A DNA stretch of 64,000 nt from Octopus sinensis (taxonomy: Eukaryota): the NCBI RefSeq assembly GCF_006345805.1, contig NC_043002.1, forward strand, positions 9,052,001 through 9,116,000, read 5' to 3'. The position numbers were made by a program, and so were the translations under genes. This document shows positions 63,340 to 64,000 of this stretch, in pieces. The notes below the pieces were generated by a model. It saw nothing but the letters and a program-made list of their open reading frames with translations, was not told the DNA's origin and searched no databases. The first letter of the stretch is position 1, and every line of letters starts with the position of its first letter.

Positions 63340-63670
63340 AGTAACCTCAAACCTCACTATCTACTTAATCCCCAAAATTCACAAGGCAACAATCCCAGCC
63401 ACCTGCAACCGTCCTGCTGCACTTATCTCAGCGGACCTCGACAAATATTATCACCTCTCATTGCTGCCTTATCCTCACGTATCAAAGATACCAACCATGT
63501 CCTAAACCACTTCAACTCACTTTCTTTTCTGCCTGGAGAGTCTAACGTCAACTGTGGCCCCTGCACTCTGTCAAGCTCAGCCCATCAATCACACCACTGC
63601 TCTCCTACCCTCTTTATGCACATATTGGATTCTATTCCCTTTCACCTTCCACCCATCTGCCCTTCCATTT
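63340..63670 (+). mobile_element. Penelope-like RT N-terminal fragment, second PLE lineage
   Basis: Frameshifted YL.PKIHK..NP..C..LIS..LD.ILSPL..IKDTNHVL. Confidence 0.65.
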
Positions 63671-64000
63671 GAATGACAAACTCCTATGCAAGTTTACATT
63701 AGGAAAACAGGCCAACACCACGCCGATCACTTTCAGAATATATATATATATATGTTATATAGGCACAAGAGTGGCTGTGTGGTAAGAAGCTTGCTTCCCA
63801 ACCACATGGTTCCAGGTTCAATCCCACCGCATGGCATCTTGGGTAAGTGTCTTCTACTATAGCCTCGGACTGACCAAAGCCTTGTGAGTGGATTTGGCAG
63901 ACAGAAGCTGAAAGAAGCCCATAGCATGTACGTGTGTGTGTCTAAGTATGTATGTATTTGTGTGTCTGTCTTGAAGCATATTATTATGTATGCTTGACCA

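Overview
Eukaryotic, AT-rich and repeat-dense window. The SINE tails, (CAT)n/(TA)n microsatellites and TE mix look like an octopus (coleoid cephalopod) genome, which is an inference. One host gene is supported: seven minus-strand exons (51495->30987) splice in frame with canonical GT/AG into the C-terminal 297 aa of a JMJD8-type JmjC oxygenase followed by four 34-aa TPR repeats. I could not find its 5' exons. The rest is transposon-derived: several tRNA-SINE families, RTE LINE fragments, Penelope-like elements (PLEs), a decayed piggyBac, mariner and maT elements, TTAA MITEs, Helitron-like repeats and satellites. Most notable are (i) a near-complete PLE split by an inversion whose two flanking repeats are tRNA-SINE/PLE chimeras and become direct pseudo-LTRs once the inversion is undone, (ii) about nine hammerhead-ribozyme-like motifs, some well folded, some in a SINE tail or in tiny (TA)n-embedded elements, (iii) a 5S rRNA head fused to a SINE tail, and (iv) a mariner built from two 5' ends. 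All alignments and folds were done by eye, and repeat boundaries are approximate unless a TSD or splice site is quoted.
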